Positions 1 to 8,091 of a stretch of 64,000 nt of DNA are shown piece by piece. Source of the DNA: a virus. The translations under genes and the position numbers were made by a program. Under the pieces are notes generated by a model that worked only from the letters and a program-made list of their open reading frames with translations, did no database searches and had not been told where the DNA came from. The DNA is taken from positions 1 through 64,000 of the IMG/VR virus record IMGVR_UViG_3300010398_000002. One strand, given 5' to 3'. How positions within the stretch are numbered: position 1 is the stretch's first letter; each line of letters begins with the position of its first letter.

Positions 1-1173
1 CGCTGACTCAGGCACTATTCGGCACCGGCAGTTAGTGTGCGCAGGTGGTGCATAGAGATGCTGGTCGTGGGACAACACACCTCGGTGCTGCCTGACCAGG
101 AACCTGTCTTCCAGCTTGGCGGCCACCATGTCCATCGGGGCACAGACCGGGCAGACTCTCTCATCCACCGCAGTTGCCCACACCTTGCGCTCGCCAGTGG
201 GGATGTAGCCGAGCCGCTCGGCGTTCATCAGCGTCAGCAGGGTACCGAAGTTACGGGCCACCACGGACTCGGTTGACATAATGCGCTGCGTCCGTCGGGA
301 CAGCAGCAGCTTGGCCACATCGGCAGCCAGGTCCGTGGGGCGAAGAGGTCGTCTGGTTCGAGCCCACAGCTCCAGGCGCTTCTGTGCCACGTTGAGCGCG
401 GTCGTGGTCTCTCCCTGCGGCAAACCGGCCAGGCCGTACACCGTGTCCCAGACCATGCGCTCGGCAACCGTCATCCGCTGCAGAGTGGACAAAGACGTCA
501 GCAGCCCGTCGGCACTGGGTCCACCGAGCCCGGCACCGAGCTGCGCGGTGTAGTGCCGCACCCAGAGCTGGCTGACCACATTGCTGCTGGAAGCGAACTC
601 GGCCCGTAGCCTGGGCGGTTGTCTGCGGAAGGGCAATCTAGACAGCTGGAACAGCGCATAGCGCACACCTCTGTCCACGAACCACGCCAGCACCGGGGTC
701 ATACCCTGGCTGACAGTGGCTGCAGTCTCTGCTATGACCAGATTCCGGAGCTTCCCACCATTGCGCAGGTACCACACAGGGTCTGGGCCCGGCAGCATCG
801 ACTCGGCAAAAGCGTGCATTGCGTTCTCACGTGCCAACGTAGGCAGTGCCACTACCCGTCCACCCTGCGGCACTATGAACACATCTTTGTTGCCGAATTG
901 CAACACAGACATAGTTGGAATCACATGATCTTGTGATATTCCAAACCCCTGCGCTCCAGAAGTTGATCTTGATCGCTGTAGTGCCCGTAGGACAGCGACC
1001 GACAGAGCAGCCCCAAGCGCCAGCTTGGCGGCTGTGATGCTAGGTCGATGTTCCGGAGGGCCTGGCCCCGTTGGCGTCGGCGTGCCGACGCCGAGGGTGG
1101 TGGGCGGACTTAGGAATGAGGACCAGTCGGTACCAGGCAAAGACAGGTCATCAGGAAAAGGAAGAGCTGTCAT
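1..1173 (-). CDS. MuF / SPP1-gp7-like head morphogenesis (minor capsid) protein, C-terminus cut by window edge
   Basis: Absent from ORF track (no stop inside window). ATG at 1173-1171. Hand-translated 1173->541 without stops. Frame reaches nt 1 ending ...VCPVCAPMD...APPAHTNCRCRIVPESA, the Cys/His signature of MuF/F-protein family. Downstream of portal. Confidence 0.7.
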   Translation of the reverse strand, partial: MTALPFPDDLSLPGTDWSSFLSPPTTLGVGTPTPTGPGPPEHRPSITAAKLALGAALSVAVLRALQRSRSTSGAQGFGISQDHVIPTMSVLQFGNKDVFIVPQGGRVVALPTLARENAMHAFAESMLPGPDPVWYLRNGGKLRNLVIAETAATVSQGMTPVLAWFVDRGVRYALFQLSRLPFRRQPPRLRAEFASSSNVVSQLWVRHYTAQLGAGLGGPSADGLLTSLSTLQRMTVAERMVWDTVYGLAGLPQGETTTALNVAQKRLELWARTRRPLRPTDLAADVAKLLLSRRTQRIMSTESVVARNFGTLLTLMNAERLGYIPTGERKVWATAVDERVCPVCAPMDMVAAKLEDRFLVRQHRGVLSHDQHLYAPPAHTNCRCRIVPESA

Positions 1174-1300
1174 GGCCTATCCAGCAACGAAGACGTAGAG
1201 CGAGGGCTTGCACGAGCGATGCGTGGTTGACGGGGTACAGCGCTGGCATCAGCTGTGTAGCTGACCAGCTGCTCCCCTAAGGGCGTCCCGGTATCTACCC

Positions 1301-1320
1301 CATACTGTTGCACTATGCTG
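1301..1320 (-). promoter_or_regulatory. CATAGTG-type motif (minus sense CAGCATAGTGCAACAGTATG) between the 1096-aa ORF stop and the MuF-like start
   Basis: Resembles the 31321 copy (CATAGTGCAATAGTTTG). Quasi-palindromic. Overlaps stop codon at 1313-1315. Confidence 0.3.
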
Positions 1321-4300
1321 CCCTGCGCACTGTGACGACAATTTTGTTTTCCTTTTTGCTGACAGAGTAGCGCTGGCCTACACCCTTGCCCACTACTACA
1401 TACCGCTTGCTGGTCTCACGCGGCTTGGGCTGGTTCTCCGGCAGCATGGCATTCATCATCTCGAACAGCTTGCGGGCCGACTCTTCCCTAGTGGCACTGC
1501 TGGGCTGCCCCGCCACGGGAAGGTTGATTGTGTAGTTACCCATGCCCGGGTGATCGCGATAGAGCCGTTGCGCGGCCCGTGCCGCGTGCTCGGCCTGTGC
1601 ATTCACCTCTGCCCCGGCTGCCGGGTTGAGATCGTCCCAGGCCCCGATCGCATCCTTGATCATCTGTTTTTGGTCGGCCCACATCGACCACTCGTCACTG
1701 TCCTGGTCACTCGGCTCGTCATGACGATGCGCTTCCTGGACCTGGCGCAATCCACGCAGTACCGAATCCTGGATTCCAGTCCAGAACTTCTCATCGGTAT
1801 CCGCCGCCGCCGCCTCCACGTCACCGCGCTCGATCACCGGAATGGCCTCTTGCTCGGCCTCGGGCACGAGGTGTTCTGTCTCCACCTCGAACGGGTCCCA
1901 CCTGTTCTCGGTGGGCACGTCGTTGGCTTCCTCGTAGGCGGCCACCTCGCGCTCGGCCTTGAGCATGGCCTTGGCCTGCTGCATCTTGGACCCGCGTTGC
2001 GGGTGCCCGGGTGAGGTCGCGGTGGGCTTCGGGTACGCCTTGTCGAGCAGCTCCTGCTCGTGCTCGGCCGCAACGTTGTAGTAGCTGTACGGGTTGTCCG
2101 CATCACCACCGGGCATATCTGCCGAGGCATTGGCCAACTCCGCGCGGATGACCTTGTATCTGTTCTCGTCGAGGAACCGGCGCGTGCCCTCGTACTCACC
2201 TATTGCCTGAATCTCGTCCATGAGCTTGGCTTCGCGATCTGGCTCCTCGTCCGGGCGCACTTCGACGTTGTGGATGCCGCGCGTCTCGGCAATAGCTTTC
2301 AGCTCTGCCCGGACGTTGGGATGACCATGCCGATTGATGTATTGCTGGAACGCTATGGGGTCCTGCCTCCAGGCGCGCAACCGCGTGACCTCAGGGCCGT
2401 CCATGTCCTCACCGCGTTGCTGCATGCGCGCCACGATCTGTACGACCTGGTTGTGCAACTGCTGGGCTTCGGCATCCAAGCCGGTCCTCACACCACCGAC
2501 AACGACACTGCCGGTACGCCCTGTCGCAGTACCGGCCTGGTTACCTGCAGTGCCTGGTGCCGCCTGCTGGGTGGTGGTCAGCCCACCACGGCGATAGGGA
2601 TTGGTCGGCCAGTTCTGGTAGTAGGCCAGATCACCGCGAATCTTGCCGGTATTGCGGATACGCTCGTCATCCAGCCACTGCGGGCGGTTGGCAAAGCCAC
2701 TGATCAAGGGATCGAAGTAGCCGACCAGCACGTCCTGGCTCTTGAGATGGCGTGGCTTGACGTAGCCGGTGTCACGCTCACCCGGGTTGCCCCTGCGCTC
2801 GACCGGCAGCTTGTCCGGACCGATCGCACGGAAGTTCGGGTCGCTGGGGCGGTGGTAGGCGACGCTGTCGATGTAGTACGGGTACTGGCTCTTGAGCGCC
2901 TCCAGCGCGTGCTGGTAGCCCTCACCATTCAGGAACAGCGTGCGCCCGACCTTGGGGTTCTCCTGCGCGCGGACCATGTCCTCGACGTTCTTCTGAGCCT
3001 GCTCAGTGACTCGCGCGCGCGCTTCGAGGTTGTCCCCAGCGGCAGCAAGCAACCGGTCGTGCTCATCCTTGAGCAGCTGCTCGTACTGCGCCTGGGTGAC
3101 CTCACCGTGCACCTTGACCTTGCCCGAGGCCACCGCGTCCAGAATCTTGCCGTAGCGCTTGCTCATGCCCAGCGCGATGTCGCCGAAGCGCTTGTCGTGC
3201 GCGAACTCATTGTCGAACGTGAGTTGGTAGGTGCCCTGACGGCTGGCCACCGTGAAGCCCTTGGCGCCGGAGATGGCGCTCGCGTAGATGTCCTCGGTGG
3301 TAGGCCCGCCGGTCGAGCGCGTCCTGATGTAGGACCCACCAGGCTCACCACGCTTGGCTGGCTTCATCTTCCAGAGCCCGGACAGCTTGAACGGCAGATA
3401 ATGATCGTCGGCATACCCGTGCGCCTCGGTGACCACATCGCCGTTCTGGTCCAGCAGATAGCCATGGCTGGGCGCGGTGTAGCCGCTGGCCAGGTTCAGC
3501 TCGTGAATCTGGCGCGACGGCACATGCCTGCTGATGGTGCCCACCAACAACCCGTGGTACTGCTCAGGCGTCATGCCCTGCGGCCTGTCCGGCAGCCCAC
3601 GCGGCTTACGCTCCACGCCTCGGTACTGGTAGGCAGCACGCCGTGCGTGCGGCCCTATGACCTTCTCAGCCTCGGGACCGTGCGATCCCACGTACTGCCC
3701 CACCGCTGCGGCAACCTGCGCCTTGGGCGAGCCCTGCGCAATGGTCTTGAGCGCCTTGGAGCCGGACTCGATGCGCTTGAACGCTCTACCGGTATCGGTG
3801 CCGTACTCCTTGGTGCCCGCATAGTTGGCCCAGTCGTCGTGGAACTGCTTGGCCCCGGTGTAGAGCGTTGATTCACCCTCGGCCGGGACTAGGCCACCGG
3901 CTGTTTTGGCACTCATACCGAGCGCCTGCAACAGATTGAACGTGCGATCACCGACGGTCAGATGGTCACCGCTGACGCCAGCACCACGGATGCCGACCAC
4001 AGCCTCACCGCGCTTGAGCTTGGGCACCTTGCCCCTGGCCGGAGCATGTGTACGAATATCACCCTTCTTGTTCCTGATGCGATATTCCACATCCTGCTGA
4101 CGTCCCCCGACAGCCGCGATGGTCGCCGCCTGCGCCATCAGCGCCTGGACCGCAGCCACATTTCCGGCCTGCTGCTGTGCATAGCTGAGTGGTTGTTTGG
4201 GCTGCTCGAACCTGCCGGTGTGCCGGAAGTAGCCGTGGTAACCGTGCGGGTGCTTGGCCCGCTGCTCGGCGCTCCAGTCCTTTCCGAACGAGGCCGCCGC

Positions 4301-4603
4301 GCTCACGCTGACCTCGACGTAGCTCTTCACGATGGCCTTGGCCAGCAGCTTGTTGCGCCGCCCGAACCAATCGTTGAGGAAGCGCTGGATCGCGGGCTTG
4401 TGCTTCTCGATCTCGGCAGCGGTGGCGTCCTGGATGGTCTTGAGCACCATCGCCTTGTAGTCGTCACCCTCCCTCGGGTCGTCCCAGCGCTGCATGATCG
4501 CCTGGTGTGTCTCGCGCGCGGCGGACAGATCGAAGTCCTTGTCATCCGGATTGGCACCGAAGTGGTGGTGGTCCAGCCGCACCGCAGTCTTGGCCATGAT
4601 CAC
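1313..4603 (-). CDS. large hypothetical protein (1096 aa), probably virion-associated
   Basis: Long uninterrupted ORF. GTGA overlap with portal stop (alternative ATG at 4597). Lies between portal and MuF-like genes. No catalytic motif recognised. Confidence 0.75.
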   Translation of the reverse strand: MIMAKTAVRLDHHHFGANPDDKDFDLSAARETHQAIMQRWDDPREGDDYKAMVLKTIQDATAAEIEKHKPAIQRFLNDWFGRRNKLLAKAIVKSYVEVSVSAAASFGKDWSAEQRAKHPHGYHGYFRHTGRFEQPKQPLSYAQQQAGNVAAVQALMAQAATIAAVGGRQQDVEYRIRNKKGDIRTHAPARGKVPKLKRGEAVVGIRGAGVSGDHLTVGDRTFNLLQALGMSAKTAGGLVPAEGESTLYTGAKQFHDDWANYAGTKEYGTDTGRAFKRIESGSKALKTIAQGSPKAQVAAAVGQYVGSHGPEAEKVIGPHARRAAYQYRGVERKPRGLPDRPQGMTPEQYHGLLVGTISRHVPSRQIHELNLASGYTAPSHGYLLDQNGDVVTEAHGYADDHYLPFKLSGLWKMKPAKRGEPGGSYIRTRSTGGPTTEDIYASAISGAKGFTVASRQGTYQLTFDNEFAHDKRFGDIALGMSKRYGKILDAVASGKVKVHGEVTQAQYEQLLKDEHDRLLAAAGDNLEARARVTEQAQKNVEDMVRAQENPKVGRTLFLNGEGYQHALEALKSQYPYYIDSVAYHRPSDPNFRAIGPDKLPVERRGNPGERDTGYVKPRHLKSQDVLVGYFDPLISGFANRPQWLDDERIRNTGKIRGDLAYYQNWPTNPYRRGGLTTTQQAAPGTAGNQAGTATGRTGSVVVGGVRTGLDAEAQQLHNQVVQIVARMQQRGEDMDGPEVTRLRAWRQDPIAFQQYINRHGHPNVRAELKAIAETRGIHNVEVRPDEEPDREAKLMDEIQAIGEYEGTRRFLDENRYKVIRAELANASADMPGGDADNPYSYYNVAAEHEQELLDKAYPKPTATSPGHPQRGSKMQQAKAMLKAEREVAAYEEANDVPTENRWDPFEVETEHLVPEAEQEAIPVIERGDVEAAAADTDEKFWTGIQDSVLRGLRQVQEAHRHDEPSDQDSDEWSMWADQKQMIKDAIGAWDDLNPAAGAEVNAQAEHAARAAQRLYRDHPGMGNYTINLPVAGQPSSATREESARKLFEMMNAMLPENQPKPRETSKRYVVVGKGVGQRYSVSKKENKIVVTVRRAA

Positions 4604-6369
4604 TTCTTTCCCTGGTAGCGACCGGTCACGCGCCCCTGCCCGGGGCCCTGCTCACCGGGATTGCGCCGTGCTCGCTCGCTCTCGGCATAGGACTGCAGGA
4701 AGCGCGCAATGTTGATCTTGTGCGCCTGCTGCTCCATCTCCGCCTGCTGGCTGCCCACCGCCAGGTTGCGCTGGTGCATCTGCGCCTGCATCTTGGCCTG
4801 TTGCCCGGCACGCTGCTCTGCCTGATCGGCGTGATCCATCTGCTGGTCGGTGGCCTCTTGGTCCTGCTGGCCAGCCATAAGGCCCTGCTGCCCCTGTGCC
4901 AGCTGCATCTGCTGCTGCGCGGTCTCCATGGCCTGCTGCTGCAGTGCCTCCTGCTGGCGCTCCGCTTCCAGCTCTGGACTGATCGGCGGCAGCTTGGCGG
5001 TCTGCCGCAGGAAAGCCTCAAGATCGGCATCTGGGAAGAACGTCATGCCAGCGCCCACCATCTGGGTGATGAACTGGCCCAGCTGGGTGAGATCAGGTGG
5101 ATCGACATCGGTCGGGATCAGCTCGGGCAGCCGGTCCAGGTTCCACCCGTTGAGCGCGAACAGCCTGGGTATTTCGATGCGGTTGAACACGTCTGCAATG
5201 CTTTTAACTATTGAGTTGAGAGCACTACGGAAGATGCCGGTCTTGTCCACGTGCAGCGCGTACGAGCCGGTGTCCTGATGACCCACCATGATGAAGTCGG
5301 CGAGCACGGTCATCAGGATGCGCTGCTCATATCTGCTGATGATCTCGTTGGTGTCGAACTGGCGCGCCCCGCCCGAGGTCATCAGCTCGAACTTGTAGAG
5401 CGGCTGCTTGGTGTCCTCGTCGTACGCCATGGGCATCAGCACGCCCTCTTGCTCGTCACGGCGGACGCTGCGCACCATGCGCCGGAAACTCTCCACGATC
5501 TTGTACTGCGGCGTGTCCGGCTGCGCGTTCATGAAGTCAGCTGGTAGATACGCGACCGGCAGACCGGCGAGATCGCGCTCGATACCGATGCCCTCGAACT
5601 CCTCCAAACGCTTCTTGAAGTACCAGGAGCGGTACGCATTGCGCAGGATCGAGCGGCCCTCTGGGTTGTTCTTGGAGGGATTCATCCGGAACAGCAGGCT
5701 CTTGCTGCGCGGGATGACCGTGCGCTGGTACTTGGGCGGGGCCAGTTGCACCATGGCCACGGTCTCCCCGGCATCGTCGAAGACCCACTGCAGCCAGGTC
5801 TCCTGCGCGCGGATGGGCATTTTGCGCCAGCCGATGAGCCCGTCGTCGAAGTTGCTGTTCAGCTCCTGGTTACGGTTGGTGCCCTGGCGCTTCTTATAGG
5901 TCACCTCGTGCCAGCTCCAGCCGAACGGCAGCATCGAGAGCACCTCGGTGATGAACTCGTCCCAGGTGTGGCTCATGTCGTCCATGCATGTCTCGACGAA
6001 CTGTGCCGCCTGCTGGTCGATCCGGTCGCTGCTGGCCGCCTGCACGTGCCAGTCCACCGCGCGGATGAGCATGTCGATGGAGAACAGCAGCGCGCCCACA
6101 ATGGCGTCGTTCTCGGCCATCTCCTTGAAAATCTGCACCGCCTTGCGGCCTCGGAGAGCCGGGAGGAACTCCTCATCGACGTAGCCGGACCAGCGCCGAA
6201 GACCCGTGACACCCAGCTCCTGGTACGGGCTGGTGCGGTTGGGCACGTCCTCTTCGGCTATGTTCGCGGTGCCGGGCACATTGCCGTTACCGGAGCTGCC
6301 CCAGAACGTGGGAGGCGGACTGGTCATGGCACGGATAGTCGCACCGACCGGCGGTTTCTGTACCGCCAT
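4600..6369 (-). CDS. portal protein (Mu gp29 / DUF935-like) with Gln-rich C-terminal tail
   Basis: 589 aa. N-terminal ...RRWSGYVDEEFLPALRGRKAVQIFKEMAENDAIVGALL... resembles Mu-type portals. Position between TerL and MuF-like gene. Confidence 0.8.
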   Translation of the reverse strand: MAVQKPPVGATIRAMTSPPPTFWGSSGNGNVPGTANIAEEDVPNRTSPYQELGVTGLRRWSGYVDEEFLPALRGRKAVQIFKEMAENDAIVGALLFSIDMLIRAVDWHVQAASSDRIDQQAAQFVETCMDDMSHTWDEFITEVLSMLPFGWSWHEVTYKKRQGTNRNQELNSNFDDGLIGWRKMPIRAQETWLQWVFDDAGETVAMVQLAPPKYQRTVIPRSKSLLFRMNPSKNNPEGRSILRNAYRSWYFKKRLEEFEGIGIERDLAGLPVAYLPADFMNAQPDTPQYKIVESFRRMVRSVRRDEQEGVLMPMAYDEDTKQPLYKFELMTSGGARQFDTNEIISRYEQRILMTVLADFIMVGHQDTGSYALHVDKTGIFRSALNSIVKSIADVFNRIEIPRLFALNGWNLDRLPELIPTDVDPPDLTQLGQFITQMVGAGMTFFPDADLEAFLRQTAKLPPISPELEAERQQEALQQQAMETAQQQMQLAQGQQGLMAGQQDQEATDQQMDHADQAEQRAGQQAKMQAQMHQRNLAVGSQQAEMEQQAHKINIARFLQSYAESERARRNPGEQGPGQGRVTGRYQGKK

Positions 6370-6384
6370 CCAACCCCTGACTTA

Positions 6385-6413
6385 TTGAATGATGCACCAT
6401 AGTGTGCTAATAT
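6385..6413 (+). promoter_or_regulatory. sigma70-like promoter TTGAAT-N17-TAATAT with CATAGTGTG box
   Basis: TTGAAT 6385-6390, TAATAT 6408-6413. Divergent from portal start. First of the plus-strand cassette promoters. Confidence 0.5.
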
Positions 6414-6418
6414 CATTG

Positions 6419-6674
6419 GTGCGTGCTTTCTTGGTTTGGCGCGCAGCCCTCTGGGGCGAGCGTCATCCCCACATCCCTCCCGTGGGGCTCTGACAGCGAC
6501 GACCCCCAGGGGGCTTCTTACTAGGGTGGGAGACCTGGAGGACCTATCGCCAAGGTCTGTCCAGCGGACTGGGGGCTTGATCTTGCTAGGCGACCATAGG
6601 GTCAGCAGGACTCCCCGCGAGTCTGGCTCCTCTGGGAGGCTTACCGTGACCGGACTCCCAGAGGAGTCTTTTTT
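6419..6674 (+). ncRNA. candidate ~255-nt non-coding transcript (or leaderless 24-aa micro-ORF)
   Basis: Bounded by promoter 6385-6413 and hairpin+T6 at 6652-6674. No SD-preceded ORF. The only long ORF (6436..6702) reads through the terminator. Several GC hairpins. Confidence 0.3.
6652..6674 (+). terminator. intrinsic terminator
   Basis: GACTCC (6653-58) / GGAGTC (6663-68) stem, 4-nt loop, TTTTTT 6669-6674. Confidence 0.7.
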
Positions 6675-6700
6675 GTTATCTGAGCATAGTGTGTTACACT
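6673..6700 (+). promoter_or_regulatory. promoter, CATAGTGTG box plus -10 TACACT
   Basis: TTGTTA 6673-78, TACACT 6695-6700. -35 overlaps preceding T-run, as in the other modules. Confidence 0.45.
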
Positions 6701-6705
6701 AGGAG

Positions 6706-6813
6706 GTGCGCGTCACCCATACGACGTTGAGCACCCCTGGTCTCAATCAAGTGTGTGGGGTCGCCACCACGGAGGACCGTCCCTAATGGTTGGTGGGGCG
6801 GTCCTCCCTTTTG
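6706..6813 (+). ncRNA. candidate ~105-nt transcript (sRNA or leaderless GTG 26-aa micro-ORF)
   Basis: GTG at 6706 lies 6 nt after the -10. Unit ends in the 6771-6813 terminator. No conventional SD/ORF. Confidence 0.3.
6771..6813 (+). terminator. intrinsic terminator
   Basis: GGAGGACCG 6771-79 pairs with CGGTCCTCC 6799-6807, followed by CTTTTG. Confidence 0.65.
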
Positions 6814-6839
6814 CTGTGTGTAGCATAGTGTGATATACT
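6811..6839 (+). promoter_or_regulatory. promoter TTGCTG-N17-TATACT with CATAGTGTG box
   Basis: TTGCTG 6811-16, TATACT 6834-39. Confidence 0.5.
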
Positions 6840-6908
6840 GTGTGCGTAGGGCCACATCAAGTCGGGGGATTAGGTGTGGCCCTCTTACTACGAGAGGAGG
6901 AGAACGCC

Positions 6909-7148
6909 ATGTTCGTTGTCGATCTCGCGCTCGTCTACGGCGCAGCATTGAATCGGCGCAGGCAGGCCAGATCGGCTCCACCACCGTCATCCGAACCAGA
7001 GGCGCCTACCGTGCCCGCACGGATGACCCAGGAGGAGTTCGATCGGCTGGCAATGCGCCGCTTCCTCGATGTGCAAGAGGACGACGTGCGCGAGCGGAAC
7101 GGATCACGACGAGTGTTTCCTTACCCCGCGTGGAGGAAGCCCCGCTGA
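6909..7148 (+). CDS. hypothetical small protein (79 aa)
   Basis: ATG 6909 preceded by GAGGAGGAGAAC SD. Trimmed from track ORF 6840..7148. Stop lies in the terminator loop. Confidence 0.65.
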   Translation: MFVVDLALVYGAALNRRRQARSAPPPSSEPEAPTVPARMTQEEFDRLAMRRFLDVQEDDVRERNGSRRVFPYPAWRKPR

Positions 7149-7163
7149 GGCGGGGCTTTCTTT
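7138..7163 (+). terminator. intrinsic terminator
   Basis: AGCCCCGC / GCGGGGCT stem, TGAG loop, TTTCTTT. Confidence 0.7.
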
Positions 7164-7194
7164 ATGCCCGAATCTGGGCTCAGTGTGGTATAGT
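7164..7194 (+). promoter_or_regulatory. extended -10 promoter TGTGGTATAGT
   Basis: TATAGT 7189-94 with TG at -15/-14. ATGCCC 7164-69 as weak -35. Confidence 0.55.
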
Positions 7195-7236
7195 GGAGCT
7201 AGTTCGGAGGTACCGAACACGGAAAGAGGAGAACTG

Positions 7237-7494
7237 ATGCGTATCAACACAGGCATCTCGATCCGACAGCTGGTGCGACTGGCTCAAGAGCTGGCCAGCG
7301 AGGATCACGAGAACACCGAATATGATCGCGCTCTGGTCGAGCTGGTCATGGACGCCATGGGCCTGGACCACGACGAGTATCGGAGTCACGTGAGAAAGCT
7401 GATCACCGATCCCGAGCACAACACACTGCGGATCATGGATGTGAGTGGGAATGCACGATTCCACACTATTCGTGATGGTTTACTCCCAGAATAA
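7237..7494 (+). CDS. hypothetical small protein (85 aa)
   Basis: ATG 7237 after AGAGGAGAAC SD. Trimmed from track ORF 7069..7494. Confidence 0.7.
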   Translation: MRINTGISIRQLVRLAQELASEDHENTEYDRALVELVMDAMGLDHDEYRSHVRKLITDPEHNTLRIMDVSGNARFHTIRDGLLPE

Positions 7495-7505
7495 CCAACC
7501 CAGAA

Positions 7506-7528
7506 GGGCCCGAAAAGGGCCCTTTTTT
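7506..7528 (+). terminator. intrinsic terminator
   Basis: GGGCCC-GAAAA-GGGCCC hairpin followed by TTTTTT. Confidence 0.75.
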
Positions 7529-7529
7529 A

Positions 7530-7559
7530 TTGCCCTGGGCTTGCATTGTGTGGCATAGT
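7530..7559 (+). promoter_or_regulatory. promoter TTGCCC-N18-CATAGT (TGTGGCATAGTG)
   Basis: TTGCCC 7530-35, CATAGT 7554-59. Confidence 0.5.
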
Positions 7560-7565
7560 GTGTTA

Positions 7566-7824
7566 CCTTGGAGTCATCGCTGGAGACGGTGTGTGAAGGG
7601 CAGAGAAGCCCATATGAATACACCCACATATCGGTACGAGGCGATAGGGCCGAACGCAGGCCCGCCGACAGAGAGGCCCGCATTGAGTTGGGCGACTATC
7701 GAAGGACTGTGGCCATGAATCGGCCCAGACCGGGAGACCGTATCGAGTCGAGAGAAGTCCCCGGTAGAGCTTGACCCGCCAGGACTCCCGCTACAGAGCG
7801 GTGGGAGTCTTGGCGGGCCTTTTA
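7566..7824 (+). other. short transcription unit, coding status unresolved (sRNA, TTG-leaderless 68-aa ORF or 34-aa ORF from ATG 7614)
   Basis: Bounded by promoter and terminator. No strong SD. Candidate ORFs are highly charged or weakly supported. Confidence 0.3.
7775..7824 (+). terminator. intrinsic terminator (long imperfect hairpin)
   Basis: CCCGCCAGGACTCCCGC ... GCGGTGGGAGTCTTGGCGGG followed by CCTTTTATT. Confidence 0.6.
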
Positions 7825-7853
7825 TTGCCCGATGTGCAATAGTGTGGGATAAT
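7825..7853 (+). promoter_or_regulatory. promoter TTGCCC-N17-GATAAT with AATAGTGTG box
   Basis: TTGCCC 7825-30, GATAAT 7848-53. Confidence 0.55.
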
Positions 7854-7890
7854 GGAGTAACCAAACCCCACCACACAGAGGAGAACTGAG

Positions 7891-8055
7891 ATGAGCGTTT
7901 GGTACCGAGGAGAGGTCTACGACGGGCGCTTCTGGCGAGGCGTCCATGTCATGACCCGATCTCGCAACATCAGGACCAGGCTGCGAATGCACGGCCTCGC
8001 GAACGAGTACAACCTGACGAGGCATAGCCCGCAGGCCATCATCCTGACCCACTAG
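7891..8055 (+). CDS. hypothetical small basic protein (54 aa)
   Basis: Below track cutoff. ATG 7891 after AGAGGAGAAC SD. MSVWYRGEVYDGRFW..., TAG at 8053-55. Confidence 0.6.
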   Translation: MSVWYRGEVYDGRFWRGVHVMTRSRNIRTRLRMHGLANEYNLTRHSPQAIILTH

Positions 8056-8059
8056 AGCA

Positions 8060-8086
8060 GGGCCCCGAGAGGGGCCCTTTCTTTTT
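8060..8086 (+). terminator. intrinsic terminator
   Basis: GGGCCCC-GAGA-GGGGCCC then TTTCTTTTT. Abuts TerL stop on the other strand. Confidence 0.75.
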
Positions 8087-8091
8087 GCCTT

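Noticed and set aside
340-370. tRNA-like T-loop string GGTTCGAGCCC
   Set aside because: The flanking bases do not form a T-stem or acceptor stem, and it lies inside the MuF-like coding frame.
2060-3871. 603-aa plus-strand ORF antisense to the 1096-aa gene. Similar shadows: 8392..9333, 18540..19790, 22795..23808, 36992..38548 (-), 38612..39745 (-), 46690..48300 (-), 55723..56841 (-), 61112..62032
   Set aside because: These are typical high-GC antisense shadow ORFs. They are Arg/Gly/Val/His-rich with no SD, and the opposite strand carries recognisable or better-supported genes.
6419-6674. tmRNA or other known structured RNA
   Set aside because: There is no tRNA-like 3' domain (no GGTTCGA T-loop or CCA context), no tag ORF ending in ...ALAA and no hammerhead CUGAUGA/GAAA core. 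It is kept only as an unclassified candidate transcript.
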